64,000 nt of DNA. Source: Octopus vulgaris. Taxonomy: Eukaryota. Below, in pieces: positions 12,865-24,253 of the stretch. Each line of letters starts with the position of its first letter. The stretch's first letter is position 1. Below the pieces are notes generated by a model. The model was not told where the DNA came from. It saw nothing but the letters and a program-made list of their open reading frames with translations, and ran no database searches. A program made the position numbers and the translations under genes. Location: contig OX597814.1 of NCBI GenBank assembly GCA_951406725.2, positions 34,038,001 to 34,102,000 of the forward strand, given 5' to 3'.

Positions 12865-13607
12865 GTATGTATATAATCATGTTCCATGCTTGCATGGGTT
12901 GGACAAAAATGTTTTTCAGTGCCTACTGGAATCATAATCCAGACACACCATAAATTGTGCAGACATGCTAAACACTAAAACAATTGTCATTTTATTCATT
13001 CTTTCACTCATTCATCCATCCATTCATACATACATGTTTTGTGCGTGTGTGGGTAATTACACACACAATTACGGAAAAAGAGAGTGAGAAATGGTAAAGT
13101 GTAATGCATAAATGAAAATCAGAAGAGATGGAAAAAGAAAGAAAAATGTTTCAGTTACAAGCATGTGAAGTAAGTATCTTTAATGACAGGACGGGCATCT
13201 GACTGTAAAGCAATGCTTTAGTAATATTTATTCGTCTGACCTTTACTACCACTGCAAAATAGACAATATAATGAACAAAATATCAGAATGAAAATTGTAT
13301 TTTTACCATTCAGCTGGTCATTATATTTCTTGACCATCCAACATTGACATCAACAGATCAGCTGTCCTCTATTATAATGACCATCACTACTGGCATTTCA
13401 AGTTTACCAGGTCACTATGTAACTGACCACTAATAACTGATATCTACTTATTGCTAATGTATATGTAATAAACCCTTAAAGAGAGAGCCCCAGGATGACC
13501 ACAGTCCAATGACTGAAACAAGAAAAGGATAAAAGATAGATAGTCCCCTAAAACATTTAGTCATGGGACCCCTAGGCTAATCCCTGCTTTGATAGTGAAA
13601 GTGGGCT

Positions 13608-13831
13608 TAACTCTAGCATTTAATCCAGCCATTTCTGGTCCAGATATTCTCCTGGTTTTATGTTAAAACTGAGCAATCCAATGTCTCACACCTACACTAC
13701 AAGGTCATTCTAAAAATAAACAACCACATCATAGAAATTGTGACGCTATGAGAAAATGCATGATTAATTCAAAACAATGTGAATAAATAAGGTTTACATT
13801 TGACAAAGAAATCTGATAGTTCAAGAGTTAA
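13608..13831. mobile_element. TTAA-bounded MITE, piggyBac-like (related copies about 25160-25335 and 39401-39612)
   Basis: TTAAC(T/C)..TAGCATTT start and ..AAGAGTTAA / GCTAAAGATTTAA end, with shared internal GTCATTCTAAAAATAAACAA. Confidence 0.55.
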
Positions 13832-13858
13832 AGTTGTACTATAAGCATCCACATAAAT

Positions 13859-14395
13859 CTTTGGCATTGCTAGCTTTCCATACTTTGTGATTTTGGCATT
13901 GCTAGCTTTCCATACTTTGTGATTTTGGTATTGCTAGCTTTCCATACTTTGTGATTTTGGCATTGCTAGCTTTCCATACTTTGTGATTTTGGTACTGCTA
14001 GGTTTCCATACTTTGTGATTTGGGCACTGCTAGCTTTCCATACTTTGTGATTTTGGCACTGATAGGTTTCCATACTTTGTGATTTTGGCATTGCTAGCTT
14101 TCCATACTTTGTGATTTTGGTATTGCTAGGTTTCCATACTTTGTGATTTGGGCATTGCTAGCTTTCCATACTTTGTGATTTTGGCACTGCTAGGTTTCCA
14201 TACTTTGTGATTTTGGCACTGCTAGGTTTCCATACTTTGTGATTTTGGCACTGCTAGGTTTCCATACTTTGTGATTTTGGCATTGCTAGGTTTCCATACT
14301 TTGTGATTTTGGCACTGGTAGCTTTCCATACTTTGTGATTTTGGCACTGCTAGGTGTCCATACTTTGTGATTTTGGCACTGCTAGCTTTCCATAC
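13859..14395. repeat. 32-bp minisatellite, about 16.7 copies
   Basis: Unit TTGGCA(T/C)TGCTAG(C/G)TTTCCATACTTTGTGATT with exact period 32 (13861, 13893, ... 14341, 14373) and no spacers. Confidence 0.97.
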
Positions 14396-14464
14396 AGTAG
14401 AAGACACTTGCCCAAGGTGCCACACTGTGGGACTGAACCCGGAACCATGTGGTTGGTAAGCGTG

Positions 14465-14990
14465 CACTGGTCACAACAGGTATTGTTATTTACATGTTAA
14501 ACACTGAAAGAACTTACAATGAGATAATTATTGAGAGTTTCTTTAGCTTTCTCCAGAAAAGATTCCCCAATGGATTTAAAAAACCACATCTTATTGGTAC
14601 TTGGAAGTTCCTTCTTTCCAGGTTGTACATAATGTTTAGGCAAGCAATGAGCCTGTAGTTTCCTGCCATCTTGGTGTATGTACGCACGTGCATGCATGTG
14701 TGTGTGTGTGTATATTCTCTTCTGTTTTTTTAGATTCTTCCTCTGAGGATACAAAGCTCCAACATTGAAATGTAGATAACTAAAACAATGCCATATAATA
14801 TCCTCTTTCTCTTTGATTTTCAAAGAGATATTCACATCAGTAGGACAGCTGATGCTCATGACAATACATACTTCCTGTCTGTCCCAAACAACAATCTCTG
14901 GCCTCTTATGTTTACACTTGACAGATGTTCCACCAATATTCCTTGTGTTGATGCTTGTATATGTTGTCAATAATGGGGATTCTCTATATG
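14465..14990 (-). mobile_element. Third fragment (RLE domain) of the second RLE non-LTR family
   Basis: KCKHKRPEIVVWDRQEVCIVMSISCPTDVNISLKIKEKEDI matches about 10610-10800. Confidence 0.7.
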
Positions 14991-15091
14991 CTTGTCCCCA
15001 CTACCACTGCTTGACAACCAGTTTTGGTTTGAATACATCTCTGTAATATAGCTGTTTGACAAAAAAGACTAATAGAATAAGCACCAGATTA

Positions 15092-15130
<39 letters not shown>

Positions 15131-15755
15131 ATATTTTACTTCTTATGATAAGTGCTTTATATGGAATGTATATCACTTAATTACTTATCTTCATATAGAG
15201 AAAATGTTTCTTATACATTTTTCACTTATATTTTCAAACAACCGTTAGCCACATCAGTTATAGTTCATACACAACTAGACTCAACACTATCTTAGTATGT
15301 TTTTTTTTAATCTTTCATAAGGATATTATGTATATCCAAATATGTTATGTGACACTCACTCCATCTAGTCTTCTGTAACAATATAACAGTCTTCTGATGT
15401 ATTTTACGCACTGAGGAAAACAGTAATATGTAATTAATTAATTATGATTATAATTAAATTATTTCTAATTTTTTACCATGTTATTTATATGTTAATATTA
15501 TTGTTTGAAATGATTGTATGCATGGATTAAATGTTTTTAAAACTTTTAACACCTTCTCTTCTCCATCTTTAATTGTTTGTTGAGTCTCTATAGGATACGA
15601 GTTCTATAAATGCTCACAACAGACCTTATACTTGTAACATTTTCATATTTGAAAAATACTTACAACTGTAAGCTACCAATGGTGTAAAGAATCTTTATTA
15701 GAAATCGACCTTTGGATCCCACCCCAAGTAAAGGATGAAATAGAACTCAACCTTT

Positions 15756-15794
<39 letters not shown>

Positions 15795-15797
<3 letters not shown>

Positions 15798-16093
15798 ATA
15801 GAAAAGGTAAGACAACAAAAGAATGATAGAGACCTCGATATTATGTAAATAGAGGAATTTATCTGTAAATGTAATATGTGGCAATTATTTGGTAGCCATT
15901 ATAAAACTCTGAGTTTTGGATGTTGGAGTGGAAATCCTTGCCGCTATCTCTTCAGTTATCTGGCCATCGGAAAAATGCTGCATTTTTCTGATGGCCGGAT
16001 AACTGAAGAGATAGCGGCGGGGATTTCCACTCCAACATCCAAAACTCGGAGTTTTATCATGGCTACCAAATAATTGCCACATATTACATTTAC

Positions 16094-16098
<5 letters not shown>
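15795..16098. mobile_element. Palindromic hammerhead-bearing insert flanked by (TA)n
   Basis: 119-bp arms 15860-15978 and 15980-16098 around a 1-nt centre with few mismatches; (TA)n on both sides. Confidence 0.85.
15998..16058 (+). ncRNA. Hammerhead-like fold with G12 mutated (mirror copy on - strand, 15900-15960)
   Basis: GATAA-CTGAAGA-GAT..ATC(C)-AAAA-CTCGGAG-TT-TTATC; stem I GATAA/TTATC, stem III ACTC/GAGT. CAAAA is what CpG decay of CGAAA would give. Confidence 0.55.
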
Positions 16099-16140
<42 letters not shown>

Positions 16141-16384
16141 TACGTACATACATGCATTAATTTTTATAGCTGCACCACATTCACTGTCTATGTATTTTAC
16201 ACCTATATAAAAATCACATTTCTTATATTTCATATTTACCGAAAAAGAATTAAATCATTTAATAGACAATTGTTTTCTCTCATAGCCTCTGGCTGACCAA
16301 AATCTTGGAAGTGGAATTAAGAAACACAGTATTCCTTCATACTTGTTCTGTACTAACAGTTTGTATTTCACTCTTCTTATCTTT

Positions 16385-17000
16385 TTTTCTGTTATTAGCT
16401 TTTAGTCTGGAGAAAGGAGCTATGACTATAACTTTCACAGGCCCGCTGAGATTGGTGAGATCAATACTGTTGATATTCCATTTTAATTGCTGTAATTTGA
16501 TAATTGCCAGAAAATCATATAAAAAGACAAAAGTACAGAGTGTTGACATACTGAGAAGAATGTAGGTCGTGTTGTGGTTAGTGTATGATCTAGCAGTTAG
16601 ATACAATATGGGTGATGAGAGATGGGAGAAGTAAACTGAAAGTACTTGAGAGGAATTGGCCCAAGACCAGCTATGTTGAAAGGGTAGAGGTCATTGTTAC
16701 AGCAGTAGAAAATGTACAGGAAGAAGAATGTCTATGGGGAAGAGGTTGGTATTTGTGAGTAACTTCATGCCAGTCAGTCTAATGACATTTCTCTGGATGT
16801 GGTCAAGGATATCTGTGTGGGTAGTAACTGTACCATCCTAAATATGGAAGCAGTCTTCCATTGTGAGTCTTACCTAAGTTTTGTAGAACATTAGTACAGG
16901 GGGGTGGTTGAAGTACTTTCTGGCCCTAAAGAGAAAGGCCAGTTTTTGTGATGCAATTGTAGTGGACCCTGCAAACATGAAGTGAATTCAATCCACCATA
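16385..17000 (-). mobile_element. CR1/L2-group LINE 3' fragment
   Basis: ASQKLAFLFRARKYF..LMFYKT*VRLTMEDCFHI*DG..DILDHIQRNVIRL ... LQQLKWNINSIDLTNL, followed by an A-rich end. Confidence 0.7.
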
Positions 17001-18359
17001 GCCAAATTTAAATTAACACTGCAACAGAACTTTTCCCACTGTGGAACAATGGTTTTTCTCTGACAGCAGTTTTACATTTTCCAGATGCCTTTAGCTAGGC
17101 CGACATAATGTCTTCACCACTTGGCCCTTTCTAACCTCTTCTACTTCACCAAAAGCTAGAATAGAGATAAAAAGATCACCGACTAAATCTATTGTTCTCA
17201 ATGATATATCTATCCTTCTGGATAGTTATAAAAGCAAAAATCAGTCGGTGACAACTCAACAAGTTCAGTCACATGGTGATGACTCAATGAGAACGAAGTT
17301 TGGCTGACCAGCTAGAACCTTGGTCAGAGGGAGAAATGAAGTTTACTGTCAGCAACTGTGACACAACACCCTACAACTCTCACTAGCTCTAATTCTGTTC
17401 TCTTACAACATCATTCTATCTCTTTCTGTAATTATTACTAAACAATGAAGAGGACACAAACACAAACTTTACTTCTCATGCTTTTGGATTTATCAAAACC
17501 TGCCCATCGAGGCAAGGTATTGTAACATAACGGTAAATAAATATTTCCTTAAAACTTCAGGCATTGTTTATCTTTCACATCCTACAACATGCAATTATAA
17601 CAAAAAAATTTTATTGTCACAACTGCTGACTCCGACATTTCATATTATTGTTTATTAATCAATCTTACCCATTACAATTGGTAACTACACTAATTAAAAC
17701 CTAACCGTTACACAATTGTTATATTGTGGATGGAGCATTTGTTAGGAGAGATCCTGATTGATAATGAGGATCTCTCCTCATTTGAAGCAATCATAAGGGT
17801 TCTAGTTGTGTGCAGCTCATGTTTAAGGAGTGTTGTATTTTCTTGATATGTAAAGTGATTGGGTCTTTTTACTGTTAAAGTAGACAAGATTAGCATAACC
17901 ATACTGGGGGATGTTTTCATAGATATCTCTTTTTATGGCATCTATGCAGATCTGATGTAAAGGAAGGTATCAACGATGTATGTAGAAGTGGGTATTGTTG
18001 GAAGTGATAAAAAGTACGTTGTTGATGTATAAGAAGAAAACCGTAGGTGGTCAAAACTAAATTCTGGTGCACACAAGAGTTGATAGAATGTTGACCAGAG
18101 AGAGAGAGCGAGCATCAATGGCATACCTTTTAATAGTGTGATCTTACAAGTCATTGTATGAATGAAGCCCGTAGACAAGCAGCTAGGATAAGAAGGCTCA
18201 TGTTGAAAGCAACAATATGGCTTTCAATAAATTTCTTAAGAGTTAGAGTCTACTGGTGAATAATACAGGAGAGTAGTTGGGTGGCCAATAGGTCTGGCTT
18301 CATTAAAACCTTACTTGTTGTCCTAAAGGAAGGAGACAAATCAAGAGAGATTAGAGAAT

Positions 18360-18785
18360 ACATTATTTCGAATTGACGGATATTTGTCCTGATCTTGTTT
18401 GTTGTTAACACAATGTTTCGGCTGATATACCCTCCAGCCTTCATCAGGTGTCTTGGGGAAATTTCGAAGCTGGGTTCGAAGGTTCGAAGGTATTTTTCGA
18501 TGTTGTAGTTGTTGTTATTATTATTCAGGTCACTGCCTGGAATCGAACTTGGGGTCAGTAGCCCGCGCTCTTAACCACAACGCCATATGCCCGTGAATAA
18601 TAATAACAACAACATCGAAAAATACCTTAGGAATGAGAACCCAGCTTCGAAATTTCCCCAAGACACCTGGTGAAGGCTTGGAGGGTATATCAGACAAAAC
18701 GCTGCGTTAACAATAAACAAGATGAGGACAAATATCCGTCAATTGTAAATAAGGTACATAATTCCTCATCTCTTAAATATAGAAC
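18360..18785. mobile_element. tRNA-head plus inverted hammerhead-pair element with 12-bp TSD
   Basis: TSD AGATTAGAGAAT at 18348-18359 and 18786-18797; inverted arms 18360-18527 and 18594-about 18760; tRNA-like head on - strand at 18528-18592. Confidence 0.85.
18407..18452 (-). ncRNA. Minimal type I hammerhead-like motif (sister copy 18662-18708 +)
   Basis: GACAC-CTGATGA-A-GGCTG gagggtatat CAGCC-GAA-ACAT-T-GTGTT. The two copies give a consensus palindromic stem III ACGT, as in minimal PLE hammerheads. Confidence 0.65.
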
Positions 18786-19559
18786 AGATTAGAGAATGTC
18801 GTTGTTAATGGCTACTTCTCCTCTTCCTATTATTTTTCATGCCGTCATTAGAGAATGTTGTTCAAGTCTTTGCTCATAGAAGCGATACAAGTTCAACTAG
18901 AGTTATCTGGGTTCCACATAGACACTATGTAGAAGGTTAAGGAAGGGGGAAGAATGACAGAGGCATCATCTACGCAGAACCCAGATACCTCTAGTTAAAC
19001 TTGTATCGCTTCCATTGGCAGAAACTTGGACAACATTCTCTAATGATGGCATGACAATCTAACTGCTTCAACAACACAAAAGACAAAGAAAGCTATGTTG
19101 TACTTCATCAACTCTAATCTACAAGATACAGCTAAAACCCTCAATGTCGCTACAAATGTTAGACCTCACAATTTTTCATATCTCCTGTCAATTTCACATT
19201 CAAACCATAAGAAAAACTATATTCCAAAGACTAACCTTCCTCTTTAAGTTTGGAAATACTACAACTCCCAGTAGGTGCTTATTTTCTACAAACGTTCAAG
19301 ATCCACAATGGAAAACTACTTCCATATCTAGAACAGTACTGTTTGCTATACATACAAACGTCTTAAATCACCTTCAAAAGCAAAACATCTAGCTACTTTA
19401 GTCTTTCGAAACACTACCCCTTCACTCTATCATAATTACAATATCATTGTACCAGTTATGGATGTACCAGTTACATACCATATCCATCTAAGTCGAATAT
19501 TTGTACTTGTTTCTCTTCCTCTAGTCATTTGTACTCTGTCTCCCCAGGCCCCAGTCTAA

Positions 19560-20707
19560 CCACTTTCCTAAGCTCTCTGTCTCAACTGTTTGAAATCCCC
19601 TTGCCGCCCGTTTTTTTTTCCTGCTGTCGTTCACTTACAAGATATTCAAACTAAATATCGACTGACAATATTACCTGTCTCGGATGAAGTGACGTATGTC
19701 ATAGTCGCAGTTCTCTTCCTCTTCAATAAACCACTGAAAATTTTAAAATTAAACAAAAATTGTGGCGATTAACTCATGAGATGCTAAAAAAAAAATATTG
19801 AGTTTTCATTGCAAGTTCAGTCATATGTACTTCGTCCCTCCTCGTATATGTGTGGTATGAAGGGGAATATGTTTTGAATCAGTGATGGGAAGGAGCATAA
19901 GTCCCGAAGAGTTGAAGTTAAGGAAGGTGGGACGAGGCACGCTAAACCACTCCCCTCTTTGAGCTGAAGAGGAGGGGAACGCCTTAATCCGCGTACCTGC
20001 CTATTTCAATCACTGTTCTAAATGTAGTTAACTCCGTCATTCTGACCTATCTTAGACATGTTACCTGGAGATGATTATGCAACAATTGCTTGATGTTTTT
20101 CTACCCACGAAATTTAAAATTGTTTACAAGGAAGAAAACTAATTCAATTCATTATATTAGGCCATAAAAGGGAAGAAATTTTATATTTATGCAGAGAGTT
20201 TGTTATTATTTATTTAGCTTTCAAGTGGAGGAGTGGCGGAATCAGTAGCAAAACAAAAATCTCCTAGCAGCATTAAGTTTCACTGATTTTATATTCGGAA
20301 CTCAAATCTGGCCGAGGATAACTTTGTTTTTCATCTTTCTGGAGTCGGAAAAATAAAGTATCTGTCAAAAATATTGATGTAGTTTAAATCGCCTGTATCT
20401 CATCTCGACCCCAAACTGCGACCATGTGCTTATGTCAAAACAGAAATCTTTATTTATTTATTTCTATTATTTAAACATTTAGCCGGCATTTAGTTGCTAT
20501 CGAAAAAAAAAAAAAAAAAAAAAAAATCAGGCGCTTTGTAACAACCACTTTAAGTAAACATATCGCAATGATTGACCTGGTTAATACTTATCGGTAGTGT
20601 TTTATTTTTTCCTTCTTTCACACTCACCTCGTATTGTGTTTTTAGTTGATAGTGGAGGCCAAACTGCATCAGCCCACATCAGCTGATAGGGGTCGTTACA
20701 ACATAAT
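19560..20707. promoter_or_regulatory. Probable TPC1 promoter / 5' UTR region, possibly bidirectional
   Basis: Visibly more CpG than the gene body, directly upstream of the first coding exon; no TSS data. Confidence 0.4.
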
Positions 20708-20813
20708 ATGGCGGCATGGTCTGACCCATCATTAACAGTTCTCGACAGTCCTCTGTCACAACTCAATTCCGATGGAAGAAGGACATATACGGGGGATAGC
20801 TCAGTGATTTCAG
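20708..20813 (+). CDS. TPCN1: Two-pore channel 1, coding exon 1 (putative)
   Basis: aatATGG start, MAAWSDPSLTVLDSPLSQLNSDGRRTYTGDSSVIS, donor CAG|gtaggt in phase 1, matching the phase of the acceptor at 45135. The N-terminus is poorly conserved, so linkage is inferred. Confidence 0.65.
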
Positions 20814-21290
20814 GTAGGTTTTTTAATTTTTCTAAATTTAAATTAAAAAAAGCCAAAACAATTCATTTGACTTCGCCTTACGTGTTTTGATTGCGACATC
20901 TTCCAAACTTCAATTTCTTTTCTAAATGTTTGTTTTTATTAACTCATCGATGTATTATCCCTTTCTCTTTCTCACACTCATACACGCGTGTGTATAAATG
21001 AAAAATGTGTGCGCGCATACATTCACATATGTGTATACATGTATGCATTTGTGCGCGTATAGATGTGCATATGTGTGTATATTATGTTGTATATATTTTA
21101 TGCACGTATGCCTGTGTGTATGTGTATTTAATAATATTTGATTAGAAAGTATTGTATATTCAACTTACTACATCTTAAGCACAGAAGCCTGCAGGTATAT
21201 ATATATGTGTGTGTGTTTGTGTATATATATTTATATGTGTGTATATGCATGTATGTATATATATATATCTGTATATGTATGTGTGTATAT

Positions 21291-21469
21291 CAGTGCTTTT
21301 CAAACTTTTTGCTGGAGCGGAACCCCAAGGAAACATTCCACTGGTTCCAGGAAACCCTGTGCAATAATTTAATAGTCTTATGCACATATATCTGCACAGG
21401 AGAATTAAAAATTACTGCCGATTTTAGCAGTTTTGTAACTTCTGGCGGAACCCTGGTTGAAAACCACTG
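21291..21469. mobile_element. hAT-type MITE
   Basis: TIR CAGTGCTTTTCAA / TTGAAAACCACTG; perfect 8-bp TSD GTGTATAT (21283-21290, 21470-21477). Confidence 0.9.
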
Positions 21470-21486
21470 GTGTATATAATAGCTAT

Positions 21487-21519
21487 TTGTATATATGCAT
21501 ATACGCATATATGTATGCA

Positions 21520-21563
<44 letters not shown>

Positions 21564-21838
21564 ATGCTTGTGTGTATATATATATGTATGCTTGTGTATA
21601 TATATACATGTATGCTTGTGTATATATATATATATGTATGCTTGTGTGTATATATATATATGTATGCTTGTGTGTATATATATATATATGTATGTATGCT
21701 TGTGTGTATATATATATGTATGTATGCTTGTGTGTATATATATATATGTATGTATGCTTGTGTGTATATATATATATGTATGTGCTGTGTGTATATATAT
21801 ATATGTATGTATGCTTGTGTGTATATATATATGTATGT
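21487..21838. repeat. Compound microsatellite/minisatellite (TATGTATGCTTGTGTG(TA)n)
   Basis: Read directly; source of the spurious YI/CV ORFs. Confidence 0.95.
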
Positions 21839-22227
21839 TTTGTTTCACCTAATAGCTATAATTTCTAAAATAATTACAAGATTTTTTCCTGTATTTTTTC
21901 TTGGTAAATATGTGCACTGTGTTGAATTATCAATTAGATTTCATATAAACAATCAATAAAAAATGAAAACAAGTCTCATGTTTTCCCTGACAAGTTGTTT
22001 TGTAATCATCTCGCCTACACTCCATCGCCTTGTTCAAAGTGATTAAAGTACAACTAATAAGCTGGACTTATTTAGTCGTTCATTTACAGTATGGTATTTT
22101 CAGATTTAATTGTTTTAGGGATGTCTACAGTCAGCGACTGTTTTGCTCAAACACGAATCCTTAATTCTGTGTTAGAGGTGGGATTATTGAGTCCGTGGAT
22201 GAACGGTATAAGGGACCAAACTATTAT

Positions 22228-23250
22228 TTTACTTCTTTCAGTCAGTGGACTGTGGCCGTGCTGGGGTTTAATGCGAACAAATACACCGCATTACTTATTA
22301 TTGTTTTAAGTCTGGTACTTTTTCAATTGACTCCTTTACCGAACGTCTAAAAAGACATAAGTAGACCCACACCAGTTGTCAAGTGGCATAGACACAGACA
22401 CACAGAGCTTCTACACAGTTTCCATCGACCGAATTCTCTCACAAGGAACTGGTTAGTTCAGGGCTTGGCAAGACTCCCCCCCCCCCCACCAAACCCCACC
22501 CGTTTTTAAAGTTTTTTTTTTCGACACAACCCCCATCCCTTTTCGGCTACGGGGAATACGAATCTGCAAAAATCGGCATTTTAAAATTATCACCCCACCC
22601 CCATTTCATTCTTTTTATAAACTTTTTTCACAATATTTTTTTTCAAAATATGCGGAAAAATATGGAGATTATGGTTCTGAAAAAAAATTACCTAAAACTT
22701 TTGTAAAATTTTTTTTATTTCTAAATATGCAGAAAAATACGGACATGATTCGGATAAAAATTTCAAAACATTTCTGTACTTACGGTTAAGGTTAGGGTTA
22801 GTGTTGGGGAAAAAAGTCAAAATTCTTTAATTTGGGGTGGGGTGGGGGGAATTTAACAATGCCGATTTTTCGGAACCACCGTATCCGAAAACGGGTTTTT
22901 GGCAAAAAAAAAAAAAAAAAAAAACAAATTTGGGAGAAAATGGGTGGGGACAAGTGAAAGTCTTTCCCAGGGCTATTGTAGAAGACACTTATTACATCGA
23001 ACTTTTGCCGAACCGCTAAGTGACGGAAACGTAAACAGACCAACAGCTGTTGTCAAGAGGTATGGAGATAAACACAAAAACACTCCCACTCATATAAAAC
23101 ATGCTTCCACATAGTGTCCATCTACCAAATTCATTCATAAGGCATTGGTTAGTCCAGGGTTATAGTAGGAGACGCTTGCGCAAGATGCCGCTCAGAGGGT
23201 CTGACCCTGAAATCACGTGTCTGCAAAGCAGCAAACTTAAGCATAGTATT
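22228..23250 (-). mobile_element. Cluster of family A SINE pieces, interrupted by a MITE
   Basis: Reverse-complement tail TTTTACTTCTTTCAGTCAGTGGACTGTGGCCGTGCTGG and head GTAGGAGACGCTTGCGCAAGATGCCG. Confidence 0.7.
22467..22967. mobile_element. Long-TIR MITE, Merlin-like
   Basis: Termini GGCAAGACT / AGTCTTTCC (GGNRM type), 8-bp near-TSD CAGGGCTT / CAGGGCTA, internal inverted match AAAATCGGCATT / AATGCCGATTTT; splits a SINE. Confidence 0.6.
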
Positions 23251-24253
23251 ACCTGTACCCAATACCGTAATTCTTGGTAAATTGCATTTTTTAAAACCTA
23301 TAGCATTTGAGATGTTTAAGGAGCTTTACTGCTGGCACCGAATCATCAAGTGATGCTCGACACAGTGCCTAATGCTGCCTGTCTTGGTTTGTCCCAAACA
23401 TTTTGTTCTATAGAAATAATCTTAACAAGCAGTATTATTTGCACGATGTATAATTGGAGCAATGTGCATGCTTTATTTATCTTTTTTTATTTGACACATC
23501 GGATCTTTCCCATTTGGCTGTAGTTTACTTTGGTAAATTGTATTATCTAGCGGTTATATAAAAACTGAGTTACCTGGCATTGAACGGACGGAAAATTAGA
23601 TCTGCAAATTGCAATGTAAAAATATGCCTTTCACCACAAAATAATCGTTTTGATACTTTCAAAATAATCCACTGGATGCTTAGGGAAATTATTTAGATTG
23701 AGATTTTGTTTTATTGGTACAAAACCAGAATTATTTGATTGATTTTCCACCTCTCATTATATATGCCTTGTGTCATAAATATATGTGCTTCCAGTTAAAA
23801 GAAATCATTCAAATATATTAAGGATTACAATAAAGAAGACAGCCAAGCAATGGGATCAGTTTTTGTTCTTTTAATGCATCTTTGATTGAATATAATTGTA
23901 ATAGGAAACATGAAAGAACTTTGTTATAGTGTCCTATTTGCACCATTCCCACTATGATCACAGGATGTGATCTTGTAAGATATGCCTCGTTTGAGACATA
24001 AATTGCTTGCCTCTATGTAAATAAACATGAGAGCAGGAGTGCCATAGGTTGGGAAGAGATTCACATATTGTATAAAGAGAAACAATTATTTCTAGCTTGT
24101 AAAAGGTAAATCAACTATATTTGTTAATTCCATTAAGTTGAAAAGGACTTCATTAAGTTGAAAAAAACTAAATCAACTTCCTAACATTTGAATGTTTTTG
24201 TCATTATGATATTTCTGTAATAATGCTAGAGTTTGTAGGAAAACATGCTTAAT

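Larger units (their letters stand above)
17700..19400. mobile_element. Very old Penelope-like remnant with internal inversion (RT-like on -, GIY-YIG-like on +)
   Basis: Weak motifs KPDL..LLSC..KFIESHI and YANL (minus) and RNLDNIL, YKC..YLLS..KNYIPKT (plus); inverted repeat 18837-18925 / 18970-19054 at the junction. Confidence 0.35.

Noticed and set aside
13859-14395. CRISPR-like array
   Set aside because: Contiguous 32-bp units with no unique spacers, no cas genes, eukaryotic context.
15876-16157. Near-identical ORFs on both strands
   Set aside because: Consequence of the DNA palindrome; no protein motif.
16340-16490. Apparent minus-strand exon QLKWNINSIDLTNLSGP..STEQ with AG/GT ends
   Set aside because: It is the C-terminus and 3' UTR of the CR1/L2-group LINE fragment.
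18528-18592. Functional tRNA gene
   Set aside because: Acceptor and T stems pair poorly and the variable region is missing; treated as a tRNA-derived head.
21138-21959. Long ORFs rich in Y/I/C/V/M/H/T
   Set aside because: Translations of TA/TG microsatellites; the same applies to ORFs at 3456-3680, 12486-12953 and 47708-47952.
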